From NCBI GenBank assembly GCA_039621445.1, contig CP154954.1, positions 6,273,425 to 6,337,424 of the forward strand: DNA of 64,000 nt, in the 5' to 3' direction. The notes beneath the pieces are model-generated. The model had not been told where the DNA came from. It saw nothing but the letters and a program-made list of their open reading frames with translations, and searched no databases. Both the position numbers and the translations under genes were made by a program. The stretch's first letter is position 1; every line of letters starts with the position of its first letter. Positions 23,284 through 35,489 of the stretch are shown piece after piece. Origin of the DNA: Euglena gracilis. Taxonomy: Eukaryota.

Positions 23284-24021
23284 AGCCGTAATTGTTTTTG
23301 GAACCTCCCACTATTCGATCGCTCGTAGCTTACCCGGTGCTGGCCTCCTAGTCCCATTTCCTAAAATCTGTCCACAAAATTAAACCCCCTCCACAAAAAG
23401 TTTGGCTTTGAATTCATCAGCCACCAAAAGTTCTGTTTTGAGCACTTCCAACACTCTCCTCAAATCTTTTTCATGTGCCCCCACTAGATCCTCCCCTTCC
23501 CCGACCGTTGTCCACACCAGTATGTCGTCTATGTCCCCTGTGGCGATATCCCTTACTGGTGTCAAACGGTCATCGATCATTTGCTGAAATTGTTGGGGGG
23601 CATTTGTCAAACCCATTACGTTCACCCTCCACTGAAAAATCCCTTTGGGGGTGAAACAACACGTTATGGGTCGACTTTCTGGGTGTGAAGGTTGTTGGTG
23701 AAAAGCTTGATTTGAATCAATGATCGAAAACATTTGGTTTGCACCATGTTTGACAAAAATGTCTTCAGTTTTGGGTAAGGGGTAGTTGCATCGCCTTGTT
23801 TGGCTGTTTGGGCCCCTGAGGTCCACCACCCCCCTCCAAGGAGAATCGTTGGATTTTTTTGGAACTGGAAAAGTCTGGGAGAGCCATTCAGAATTTTTGG
23901 CTGTGGCTGGCTCAATGTATTTTTTGTCAAGCCAGTCTTGGGTGATTTTTTCAAGTGCCTCTTTCCTCTCACCATACATGAAAAAAGGCTTCTGTCTGGT
24001 TGGCTTTGCCCCCTCCTTCAA
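23284..24021 (-). pseudogene. pol: Gypsy-B reverse transcriptase
   Basis: WRGVVDLRGPN, YPLPK, MGLTNAPQQFQ, GDIDDIL (decayed YIDD). Confidence 0.92.
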
Positions 24022-24439
24022 AGGTATGTATGCATAACCATATTGTCCTCTTTCGGGGGGGGTCTGGAAATGGCGATGACTGAAATACTGTCCCCCGGTA
24101 ATCTTCCAAAACTTGTTCCCTCAACTTGACTACCCGTTCCTCCTCTTTTTTGTCCTCCCCCTCCCTTGCAATTATCATTCGGTTGACAACTTGCACTGGG
24201 GGGTCACTTCCTTCCAAATTTGTGGCAACCTCCCCCAAGTCCTCGTCACTCAAAAATTGCAAGTCCTGGTCCAACCCTTCCAATGGCAAACAAAGACCAA
24301 GTTTTTGCAACCCAAACGAAGACCCGTCCGCCACAGTCACATTGTCCACTGAAACATTTGTGTCATCCCTGAAATTTTGCGGACCCCTCCGTCCTTCAAC
24401 ACCCCGCAAAAAAATCAGGTCGGGGCTGTCTTTCACCAA

Positions 24440-24800
24440 TGCCTTGTGGTGTGGAAAAATTCCCAGTTTTGCCTCCGCCAACCATGGATAAGAAAGAATG
24501 GCATCAACTTTGATGTTTGCCTCATAAAATTCAACCTCATATTCCACAAACTCAATTTCCCTTTCCTCATTCGAATTTTGTTGAAGGATCATTTTCACCT
24601 TAGCACATCTGCTCCCCCCCGCCAAAGTTTGCCCATTGGCTGTTTCAAACCTTAACGGGTCCTTAGCAGGATACATTAGGTGGTCCCCTATCAACCCTTG
24701 TCGAATGAGGTTTGCCTCAGCCCCCGTGTCAATCAAAATTCTGGCCGTTTTTTCCTCCCCATTTGCCAACCGTATCTGTGTTTTTAACAGCAGTTGTCTG
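24440..24800 (-). pseudogene. Gypsy-B aspartic protease
   Basis: ARILIDTGAEANLI (DTG at 24722-24730), FETANG, DAILSYPWL. Confidence 0.9.
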
Positions 24801-24916
24801 TCCTCCCCAAGTTTCTTTGCTCCTCCCCGAGTGTTTGTCCCTCTCAACATTCTTTTTTTCAGCCGCACCAATTTTTTCTTTCCTGGGGCTGCCCCCCCCT
24901 GGGAGGGTTGCCTTCT

Positions 24917-25303
24917 ATCAATCAACAAGGCCCACACCCCCCAACGGGTACCCCTCAAAATCCACCCATCAGCCTCAAACAACTTTGTCCCCTTGGGAAA
25001 ATAAATCTTTTTGACAGCAATAGCCACCAGATTTCTCACCCACCTCCTATTCCAGTCTGGGCAAATACAAATTGCCCGACAATTGAAATTTTGCAATTTT
25101 TCAGCCACCTCAGGCCACAAAGTCCAGGGGGGGTTCATCCACAACGTTTCCTCCGCCCCCCATTCCTTTTTCGTGGCATCATTATCCCCCCCATAAAACT
25201 TTTCACACCTGGCATTTTGGCTGGTTGCAAAACAATCCCGTTACGCCTTAACCCGAAATTCATTCTCAATTTCCTCCATACAAACTTTCCTAACAGCATA
25301 ATC
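24917..25303 (-). pseudogene. Dam-like N6-adenine DNA methyltransferase domain in Gypsy-B
   Basis: DYAV...KA*RDCFATSQNARCEKFY...EWGAEETLWMNPPW (NPPW at 25124-25135)...ICPDW; in frame with PR downstream. Confidence 0.85.
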
Positions 25304-25336
25304 CTCCCTACGATATCCGCTTTTTCGTTCCAACAC

Positions 25337-25919
25337 GGTTAACAAATACTCCACCAGTTGTTTGGGCACCCTCCATTTTTTCTGAGTACTAACTGTCATT
25401 CCATATCCTCCCAAATTTTCTTGGTGACTCCTCCCCCCAGGAATCAAATTCGGGCAGGTCTGGCCATCACAAAGTTTGTTTTGTAGCTTGCTCAGATTTT
25501 CGCTCCCCCAGATTCGGGTGGGCTTTTGATATCCCCGTTCTGAAAATTGACAATAATCAACATCGACAAAGGTAAGATTTTGAACACAGGGTCTTTTTCG
25601 AAGCAACCCATGACGGGGATTTTCAATCCACCACAACTTTGGGTCGAAATATTCGACAATTTCCAAAGTTTTTTTTTTTATTTGATCTGCATCCTCCAAA
25701 TTTCTGACTCCCAACGTTTTGGCCAAGCTATATTCTGTACAGGGCACCCCCGCAGCGATGATCTGAAAATATCCGGGGGGTTACCTCCAATATCTCCACT
25801 CCAAAATATTTGCACAGTGGGTTGGGTTAAATCTGGGGTTTATGTCCACTGACACAACCTTAAACCCCTGCTCTCTCAGGCAATCCCCAACCGAGCCTTT
25901 ACCGCAAAAAAATGTCTAA
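25337..25919 (-). pseudogene. C5-cytosine DNA methyltransferase domain in Gypsy-B
   Basis: Motif I LDIFCGKGS (after removing one T from a 7-T run), motif II VVSVDI, a frameshift near 25790, motif IV IIAAGVPCTEYS, motif VI WWIENP, VDYCQF, motif VIII-like YQKPTRIW. Confidence 0.88.
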
Positions 25920-27228
25920 AGCTCTTTTCCTTACGGAAGGCTGTGCACGACCTCTTATGAGGTCTGATTCTTTACAGATTTGGGCCGAGTCACAGATTTG
26001 CACGTCACGCAGGCACGCACCCGACACACTGGACACACCTTGTGCAGAGATCTCCTGGGATGGCAGATTTTTCGTCGTGGTTTCACTCGCACGACATTTT
26101 TCATGCCACCTGGGATTTGTGTATGTCTTTGTGTGGGGCTGGGTATGCGAGCCCGGGGCGGCTCCCGCCCCCAACGGTCCACCCCGGCTATCCTAGCAAC
26201 GGTTTCCTTTCCCCCTTCCTTTGCCTTTGCCTTTTCCACCATCTTGGCCCTTTCCCCTAGACCAGTCATTTCCATTGTTTCCTTTCCCCCAAGAATTGTT
26301 TCCTTTGCCCTTTCCTTTGCCTTTGCCTTTGCCACCACCAAACTGTGAATCAAAATTCTGTTGATTTGAGTGCCACCACTGATTTCCCTGAAAATTGGCA
26401 TTGGCGTTGGAATTCCTCCCAGAATCGTTTCTCCATCCACCCCCATTGCCAAATTGAGATTGCTGGGGGGGTGAATATGACTGTGATCGAACCACTGGCA
26501 CTGGATTTTGCACTTGGGGGTTCGCGTTTGCATCGGTCGCCGGAGCTGCCACCTGTGAATCTGATTTTTCAACGGACGGTTTTACCACCGTTTCGCCCCC
26601 CTTTGCTGACCGTGCTGGGGAGGGTGTCCTGGACCCCTTGGCCCGATCTGCCTTTTCAGTCCTGGCCCTCCGGTTTCCGGACCCATTTGGCTCTCCGGAA
26701 CTGTGTAACATGTCTTGATTATCCCTGGATGACAATTTTCGCTCAACAAAACGGAAAATTTCTTCAGCTCCCATTTTTGACTGTTCCTACACAATTTTGA
26801 TTCTTTTATCCGTGCCTGTGATTGGTTTCACACTGACCTCTTTCAGGTTGTCGCAAATCGTAGTATAGGGCAAAAAGACTTCGAAGTCCAGCGGTGAAAC
26901 TTTCGAAACCTTGCAGGGCTTTTCCACAGTGACACGTTCCACAGCACAAATAATGTTTTCCTCCGTTGCTGGCACTCCAGGGTACATTTTGACTTTCGGT
27001 CCACACGTTGATTTCCTTTCCTCCTCATCGGCGACCCAATGCAAAATGAAATTTGGAAGTTTTCCTTTGACCAGTCTTTCTGCCTCATCGTCAGTGGCGC
27101 TTTTCACCTGTCTCCAGGCCATTTTGAAATTTATGACAAAGTCTCGCCATCCCGTACAGTAATTTTCCCTTGGTTCACAAGGTGGACATCATTCCATTTT
27201 TTTCTGGCACAGTCGGACTGAGTTCCAG
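25920..27228 (-). pseudogene. Gypsy-B gag-position ORF fragments with a G/K/N-rich tail
   Basis: ORFs 26787..27122 and 26193..26774 (GKGKGKGK repeats) upstream of the MTases. Positional call only. Confidence 0.5.
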
Positions 27229-29573
27229 CCTCGAACAGTTGAGCAACAAAAAGGGATTTGCCCCCCAAACCGGTTTGGTAACACAAGGGATTTTGTTATT
27301 TTGGGGCCCTCGAAAGGTTGAGCAACAAAAAGGGATTTGCCCCCCGAACCTGTTTGGTAACACAAGGGATTTTGTTATTTTGGGGCCCTTGAACAGTTGA
27401 GCAACAAAAAGGGATTTGCCCCCCAAAACGGTTTGGTTACACAAGGGATTTTGTTAATTTGGGGCCTTCGAACAGTTGAACAACAAAAAGGGATTTGCCC
27501 CCCAAAACGGTTTGGTAACACAAGGGATTTTGTTTTTTTGGGGCCCTCGAACAGTTGAGTAACAAAAAGGGATTTGGCCCCCAAAACGGTTTGGTAACAC
27601 AAGGGATTTTGTTAATTTGGGGGCCCTCGAACAGTTGAGCAACAAAAAGGGATTTGCCCCCCAAACCGGTTTGGTAACACAAGGGATTTTGTTATTTTGG
27701 GGCCCTCGAACAGTTGAGCAACAAAAAGGGGTTTGCCCCCCAAAACGGTTTGGTAACACAAGGGATTTTGTTATTTTGGGGCCCTCGAACAGTTGAGCAA
27801 CAAAAAGGGGTTTGCCCCCCAAACCGGTTTGGTAACACAAGGGATTTTGTTATTTTGGGGCCCTCGAACAGTAGAGCAACAAAAAGGGGTTTGCCCCCCA
27901 AAACGGTTTGGTAACACAAGGGATTTTGTTATTTTGGGGCCCTCGAATGGTTGAGCAACAAAAAGGGATTTGCCCCCCAAACCGGTTTGGTAACACAAGG
28001 GATTTTGTTATTTTGGGGCCCTCAAATGGTTGAGCAACAAAAAGGGGTTTGCCCCCCAAACCGGTTTGGTAACACAAGGGATTTTGTTATTTTGGGGCCC
28101 TCGAACAGTTGAGCAACAAAAAGGGGTTTGCCCCCAAAACGGTTTGGTAACACAAGGGATTTTGTTATTTTGGGGCCCTCGAATGGTTGAGCAACAAAAA
28201 GGGATTTGCCCCCCAAACCGGTTTGGTAACACAAGGGATTTTGTTATTTTGGGGCCCTCGAATGGTTGAGCAACAAAAAGGGATTTGCCCCCCAAACCGG
28301 TTTGGTAACACAAGGGATTTTGTTATTTTGGGGCCCTCGAACAGTTGAGCAACAAAAAGGGATTTGCCCCCCAAACCGGTTTGGTAACACAAGGGATTTT
28401 GTTAATTTGGGGCCCTCGAACAGTTGAGCAACAAAAAGGGATTTGCCCCCCAAACCGGTTTGGTAACACAAGGGATTTTGTTATTTTGGGGCCCTCGAAC
28501 AGTTGAGCAACAAAAAGAGATTGCCCCCCAAAACGGTTTGGTAACACAAGGGATTTTGTTAATTTGGGGGCCTCGAACAGTTGAGCAACAAAAAGGGATT
28601 TGCCCCCCAAACGGGTTTGGTAACACAAGGGATTTTGTTATTTTGGGGCCCTCGAAAGGTTGAGCAACAAAAAGGGATTTGCCCCCCAAAACGGTTTGGT
28701 AACACAAGGGATTTTGTTAATTTGGGGCCCTCGAACAGTTGAGCAACAAAAAGGGATTTGCCCCCCAAAACGGGTTGGTAACACAAGGGATTTTATTAAT
28801 TTGGGGCCCTCGAACAGTTGAGCAACAAAAAGGGATTTGCCCCCCAAAACGGTTTGGTAACACAAGGGATTTTGTTATTTTGGGGCGCTCGAACACCACC
28901 CCCCCCCCAAATTGTCCCCCCCACCCCATATTGTCCCTCAGTCCCGGCCGACGGGGGGGTTTTTTGGCTCGGCCAATGAAATTTGTTTGCTACCCCCATA
29001 TTGTCCCCCCCCCCCCATGTTGTCCGGTCGGGCCTGCCGGGGGGAGGTCGGTGGGACAACATGGGGGGGGGGGGTTGAAGTTGAGCAACAAAAAGGGATT
29101 TGCCCCCCAAACCGGTTTGGTAACACAAGGGATTTTGTTATTTTGGGGCCCTCGAACAGTTGAGCAACAAAAAGGGGTTTGCCCCCCAAAACGGTTTGGT
29201 AACACAAGGGATTTTGTTATTTTGGGGCCCTCGAACAGTTGAGCAACAAAAAGGGGTTTGCAGCCCAAAACGGTTTGGTAACACAAGGGATTTTGTTATT
29301 TTGGGGCCCTCGAATGGTTGAGCAACAAAAAGGGATTTGCCCCCCAAACCGGTTTGGTAACACAAGGGATTTTGTTATTTTGGGGCCCTCGAACAGTTGA
29401 GCAACAAAAAGGGGTTTGCCCCCCAAAACGGTTTGGTAACACAAGGGATTTTGTTATTTTGGGGCCCTCGAATGGTTGAGCAACAAAAAAGGATTTGCCC
29501 CCCAAAACGGTTTGGTAACACAAGGGATTTTGTTATTTTGGGGCCCTCGAACAGTTGAGCAACAAAAAGGGAT
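27229..29573. repeat. 79-bp satellite, about 27 copies
   Basis: Unit cctcgaacagttgagcaacaaaaagggatttgccccccaaaccggtttggtaacacaagggattttgttattttggggc. Confidence 0.97.
28894..29078. mobile_element. About 185-bp MITE-like insertion inside the satellite
   Basis: Splits one unit (ctcgaac | agttgagc). Ends are imperfect inverted repeats: ccccccccc...ttgtccc and gggacaa...ggggggggg. Confidence 0.6.
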
Positions 29574-30532
29574 TCAACTACTTAGGCGGCCGAATTCGCA
29601 CTTAAGCTTTTTTCCTTTGGATTTGCGCAATTGCGCAAATGTACCATTTTTTTGTAACCCCTGGGACCTTGTACCCTGACCGCTGAAAAAAAATTTTTGA
29701 TCGCGAACGGAACTCGTTAGGGCTGGGCAATTCGAACCCCTTCAAATACAAAGTCATTCTGTACCTCCCCCTCTCCACAGCTGCTTTCTTTCACGCTGCC
29801 CGCGGGGCACCCACCCACACCCACTTCTACCCCACAGCTGCCCGCGGCAAGCACCTGGCCAGATCTGGCGGCGTACAGTTTTTGAGTTTTGGACGGTCCG
29901 AATGTGTGCTGTGGATATCAATGGTTTGGCTGACGATGAAATCAGACACCCTTGATGAATTTGAGAATTATTGCGAGGGTGTGTTGGGTGCCACCAATTG
30001 TGAAGTACGATGGAATTGAGTGTGTCCGAAGAGGGGTGTGACACCGCCTGTCTTGAACAAGGATGAAGAAACGCCCGGTGAATTGGAACCTTCTAATTGA
30101 TGTCCAACAGAAATTTATTTATGGCGCATTGCACACTTGCGCAATTGCGCGCATCAAAAGATTGTTTCCTCAATTATGAATTCAGTTGCTGAGAAGGGGT
30201 TTGGGACGCCCCAGATTGTGTCAGTGATGAAAAGTGGTACCGTTTTACTTGCGCAATTGCGTGCACAATTTGTTGCTTTTTGTTGTGAGGCTAACCAGTG
30301 GGTGCCAGTAGGCAGTCGCCACAAACCAATGCTGCGCAATTGCGCACATATGCATCATGGTGGAAGCTTGTGCTATCCGGGTTGCGTGTGCAGATATGCA
30401 CTGCTAGCATGTCGTTTTGTAGCCCATGGCATGCTGTACATAACCACAATAGTGGATTATTTTCCTGGAAATCCAGTACGAAATTTCCTCCAAAATATTT
30501 TGGGCAAATACCCTTGGAGATTTCGCGTCCCG

Positions 30533-31770
30533 GTTATGTACCCCCCGGGGTCCCATTAGGTATCCCCCTGGGGGGTTTGGCGGGGGTACATAATGGGGGG
30601 GGGATGGTAGCTCACTGTCGTAACACTTTTTCTAAATAATTTCCCAAAAAAATGCTCAAAAATCGACGTTTTTGGGACGTTTTCAAAAAGTGATATTTGG
30701 CAAATGTGCTGAAAATTGACCATTTATTGCAAACATCCAAAAAGTTGCCAAAAATGACCCCTTTTGGGCTGTTCGGTCGGGTCTGGGAGTGGGACCTGGG
30801 TACCCCCCCCATTGTGTACCTCCCCCACATTACGATCCCCCCCCCATTATGTACCCCCCCCATTAGGTACCCCCTGGGGGGGAGGTACATAATGCTGGGG
30901 GATGGTAGCTCACTGTCATAACACTTTTTCTAAAGAATTTCCCAAAAAATGCTCAAAAATCGACGTTTTTGGGACGTTTTCAAAAAGTGATATTTGGCAA
31001 ATGTGCTGAAAATTGACCATTTATTGCAAACATCCAAAAAGTTGCCAAAAATGACCCCTTTTGGGCTGTTCGGTCGGGTCTGGGAGTGGGACCTGGGTAC
31101 CCCCCCCATTGTGTACCTCCCCCACATTACGATCCCCCCCCATTATGTACCCCCCCCATTAGGTACCCCCTGGGGGGGAGGTACATAATGCTGGGGGATG
31201 GTAGCTCACTGTCATAACACTTTTTCTAAAGAATTTCCCAAAAAATGCTCAAAAATCGACGTTTTTGGGACGTTTTCAAAAAGTGATATTTGGCAAATGT
31301 GCTGAAAATTGACCATTTATTGCAAACATCCAAAAAGTTGCCAAAAATGACCCCTTTTGGGCTGTTCGGTCGGGTCTGGGAGTGGGACCTGGGTACCCCC
31401 CCCATTGTGTACCTCCCCCACATTACGATCCCCCCCCATTATGTACCCCCCCCATTAGGTACCCCCTGGGGGGGAGGTACATAATGCTGGGGGATGGTAG
31501 CTCACTGTCATAACACTTTTTCTAAAGAATTTCCCAAAAAATGCTCAAAAATTGACGTTTTTGGGACGTTTTCAAAAAGTGATATTTGGCACATGTGCTG
31601 AAAATTGACCATTTATTGCAAACATCCAAAAAGTTGCCAAAAATGACCCCTTTTGGGCTGTTCGGTCGGGTCTGGGAATGGGACCTCCCCATTGTGTACC
31701 TCCCCCCCATTATGTACCTCCCCCCCAATTTCGGCCTCCCGGGGGGAGGTACATAAGGGGGGGGGGGTGG
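30533..31770. repeat. About 296-bp tandem repeat, about 4 copies
   Basis: gatggtagctcactgtc starts at 30603, 30901, 31198 and 31494. Units contain inverted ttatgtac(c)n / (g)ngtacataa motifs. Confidence 0.95.
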
Positions 31771-32379
31771 TACTCTGGACAATACGTCCTCAGTCCAAAA
31801 TGGCTCACTGGCCTCATGAGGGACATCTGATCTTATCGATCTGATTGTGGGTTTGCGCTTAGCGCCTTCAGAGGTTGCAGCCACATAGCTGGCCATGGGT
31901 ATCGTTGGCCTATGGCATGCGCCAGAGCCATCTCCACCAGGAGGTGGTGGCTCATCATCCCGCCGCCTTTCAGCGGGCTTGCAGCCTTCGGCTGAGGGTT
32001 TAGCCTTAGGCTTTTTATGTTTGCCATATCGGCGTTCTTCCCGAGGGTCTGCCGGAGGCAGTGGTATTTCCGCTGTTGGCGGTTTCGGGGCTGCCGGTTT
32101 GGCAGGAGGTGGTTGCATTTCCGCCGTTGGCGGTGCTGGTGCCGCTGGTTTCGCTGCTGGAACATCCAACTCCATTGGAGCTGTGACCGCAGCCTGTACG
32201 GCTGTTGAGCTGCTATCAGCAGCAGGAACCCGTTGGGTTTCTGGGGACAAGGCAATACAGTTGGTCAAACCTTGGGACCCCCCCCTCCCCCCCCTGTACA
32301 GTCCAACCCCCCCTCCCGGGACCCCCCCCCTCCCCCCCACTTCCAACCCCCCCGAGACAGATGAATTTTTTTAAAAAAA

Positions 32380-33176
32380 CGCCTTGTTTTTCTGAAACAA
32401 AAAAAATGCTTTTTTAAGGGGGTGGTGCGGGTCGCGGGGGGGTCATGGGGGGGGTCACGGGGAGGGGGGGGTCACGGGGGAAGTATGACACTTTGTAGGT
32501 AGCCGGGAGGCAACATCCATGACGTGGCATCGTGATAAAATTGGTCATTTTTGAAAAGGGAATTTTGTTAGGATTTTCTTGACCAACACGTTTTTGGGAT
32601 GAAGTTTGGGCCATTTTTGACAAAATTCCGTTTTGGGTGGGGAAATGCACCAGTTTTTGGCACTTCTTTCAGGGGAAAGATTTTGGCCATGGGTGTGAAG
32701 GTGCATTGGGCGGACAAGGATACATGAAAGTTCATTGTTTTTTTTTAAAAAAATGCTTTTAAAAACAGAATGGCGAAGGATCGATTCTCGGGTCACGGGG
32801 GGGGGTCACGGGGGTGTAACTGGGGGGGGGGGGCATGGGGGTAGTACCCCCTAAGAAAAAATATGTTTTTTTAAAAAAAAACAAAAAAACCTCATGGGGG
32901 TTTGGGGGAATTTTTTGAAACTTTTTCTTGAAAAAAGGTCTTTTTTCATCTCTGCAGCTTCGTAGTCTGTTAAAGGTGCTGGAAAAACTAAAAATACGTC
33001 ACTTTTGATGACCAAAAAAATGACCTTAAAACCTTTTCGTCAAAAAATGGCCATTTTGCAAGGAAAAAACGTCAAATTTTGCTTTTTTAAAGAAAGAAAA
33101 CAGGTTTTTGTGTGTTTTTCTTGAAAAAAAATATATTTTTTGTTCTTTGTTGAAAAACAAAAAACCGTCAACCCTG
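32380..33176. mobile_element. Second, left-truncated copy of the hAT-like MITE, interrupted by a nested insert
   Basis: Homologous to 37794-38216; right end cgtcaaccctg at 33166-33176; left TIR not seen. Confidence 0.7.
32418..32851. mobile_element. Nested MITE-like insert with a TAA duplication (PIF/Harbinger-like)
   Basis: taa|gggggt ... accccc|taa; removing it restores colinearity with the 37794 copy. Confidence 0.6.
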
Positions 33177-33451
33177 GCTCAATTCCGCGTGGTGTGCCAA
33201 GGGGGAGTGATTGAAGCTGCTTCCTGCCTTTCTGCTAAGTGTTTAAAGTGAAAATACTGGCTACCACTCTTTTTACAAGACACAAATATTTTGCAAAATG
33301 CATCTGAATTTCGCAAAATCCATCATTACCAACCTCAGTTGGACGAAAAATGTCGCAACTGTCTCGGGGGTAGGCAGTACAGTTGTAATTTTCTGGGGAA
33401 CCCCCCCCTGTACAGCTTCCCACACCCCCCGCGGACCCCCCCTCCCCCCCT

Positions 33452-34192
33452 GTGCTTTGTCTCCTCTGGTGGGGATGCGGCAAGTGAGCCGCGAGGGGTC
33501 AGCACTGCCGATACTGCGTACATTGCCGCAGTCAGACCCTGTAGCACACCACCTAAAACACCTGTAGGTATTGTTGGTGATGCGACAGGTTCTGTCGGTG
33601 TTGGTGCCGTTGGCAGTGCTGGTAAGGAGAGGGGTGGTACCAGAGGTACCGCTGGCCGTTCAGCCTCAGATGTAGGAGATTCGGTTTCTGAGCTTACATC
33701 TCCTTCAGGCGGAAGGGGTGTTCTGGAGCCCAGTGGGGCTGGGGGGAGAGCTGGGTGCTGAGGTTCATCAGCACATATTTCTTCCAAACCTTCCATGCAG
33801 TCTTCACCGCTCTCTCCATCGCTCTCTTCACTGCCCTCCACCGTTTCTGGTGAAGCGGCAGGGGCTGCTGGCTGTTCCGCTATAGCGGTAGGCATAGTTC
33901 CTATTTGCGCAGTCGCGCTGCTGGGTGCCGCTGTAGCGGGCTGGGGAGAAGAACTACCAACAGAAGATTGACTTTCCTGATGTCCCTTAGGGACAAAAGG
34001 TTCTGCTGTAGCCGATAGGCTTGATTCCAGATAACGCCGACCACGCCCGAAGACGGGTGGTGGTGTCTCACCAGGAATTCCCCGGGGAACTGGCGTTGCC
34101 GGTTGCGGCTGAGCTGTGACTGACGTTGCCGGTTGCGGCTGGGTTGAGGATTCCGATGGCGGAACCAGGAATGGAATCGTCATTTTGACCAC
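33452..34192 (-). pseudogene. Pro/Ala/Ser/Glu-rich ORF of unknown function
   Basis: Part of ORF 33335..34192; similar composition resumes at about 31770-32255 beyond the MITE cluster. Confidence 0.35.
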
Positions 34193-35489
34193 TGTAATTT
34201 AGTCGTCAAATTAGAACAGGGCGATCGTCACTGACAGCCACTTCGGTCAAACGTGGGTTGCGCGTCATACGGAAAAAATTTTCTGTCAGACGTGTCGGTA
34301 CGTTTGTCGGCATGAAAAACGCATATTGGTTGGCGGGAAACCAAGTTAACACGTCAAAAAACGTACCTTCCTAGTGGGGGGTAATTGCCTGAAGCCAGCA
34401 CGAACGGCAAACAGAAACGGCCGTGCAAAGACTTTTTAAACAGAGTGCAGCTAACACCATTTTCGGCCATTTTTTGGACAATTGTTGTCTTAAAAAAAAA
34501 TTGAAAGCTTGTGGGCTGGACCTGGACCTCCAAAGGGGGGTAACCAATCACCCCCCCCCCGGGAGGGGTATTGCTAGTACAAAAGTGGCCACAGCTGTTG
34601 CACAAAAAATGGACGCCATCAAACAAAAATGGATCACACCTGTGTTACAAAAATGGACCCTACCAGTGGTACAACACAGGCCCACCAAAAAATGCCCCAC
34701 CTGTGAACCAGAAACGGCTTTCAACTCTGGAACAGAAATGGGCTCCAGCTGAGGCACTATCCCGATCCAAAACCGAGTGGGTCCATCTGGGGGGAGGTCC
34801 TGTGAAAAACGTGAACCCTTTCTTCCTGGGTGTCTGGCAAATTGGACCTGGTGGGGTTTATTTGTTGGTGGTAATTTATTTGGAGCTGACGTGTAAGCCT
34901 GTCTTGACACTTTAAAAGCGTTGGACTCACGCTGGTTCGTTTTGTGAAATCACAGTTCCCTTTGCCCTGCGTGCTATGCAACATTTTGTCGATGCCTAAA
35001 TTTCGGTAATGTGGTGTGTGTGAGCTGGAAGGGCACCTGTAGCATCCTGCTCTGCAAAATGAAAAAAAAAATGAGAAGGGACAGGGAGAAGAAAACAAAC
35101 CTCCTGTCAACCCTTCCAGATAACCACTTCAATGATCAGCCACCAACTCCTTCCATCTCCAGCACCACCAAAAAACTTGACTTCTTCCTTCTCCAGGAGC
35201 ATCGGCTCAGTTCACTTCAACGATCTGGGGGGGAAAGAAACTCACAGCACACTAACCCAACTGCGAACCACACCAGTCCTCGGCCAGAATACGGTCAGAT
35301 AAGAAAGGCAAAGTGCAGATGACCAACAAATGTGACCAGCACCGGAAACCCGAAGACAAGGCAGGCAGCTTCCAATCGCGAGGACCAAAGCCATTGCGTG
35401 AATATTAATGAGTCCGTTCGATATACAACTTTTCCGCTTGTCAGCCCTTTTTCCAAAAAGTCAAGTATTCTGTCAAACGAAGGCGTTTG

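Larger units (their letters stand above)
20739..27228 (-). mobile_element. Gypsy-B Ty3/Gypsy chromodomain retrotransposon coding region with two methyltransferases
   Basis: Minus-strand order: gag-like, C5-MTase, Dam-like MTase, PR, RT, RNase H, integrase, chromodomain. The 5' side abuts the 79-bp satellite. LTRs not identified. Confidence 0.93.

Noticed and set aside
1225-25919. Bacterial restriction-modification system or DIRS element
   Set aside because: The MTases are embedded in retroelement polyproteins. The Gypsy elements have a protease and DDE integrase and no tyrosine recombinase. The only nuclease of restriction type is the RLE of the CRE elements.
27229-29573. CRISPR array
   Set aside because: The whole 79-bp unit repeats with no unique spacers, and there are no cas genes. 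The many ORFs here are repeat artefacts.
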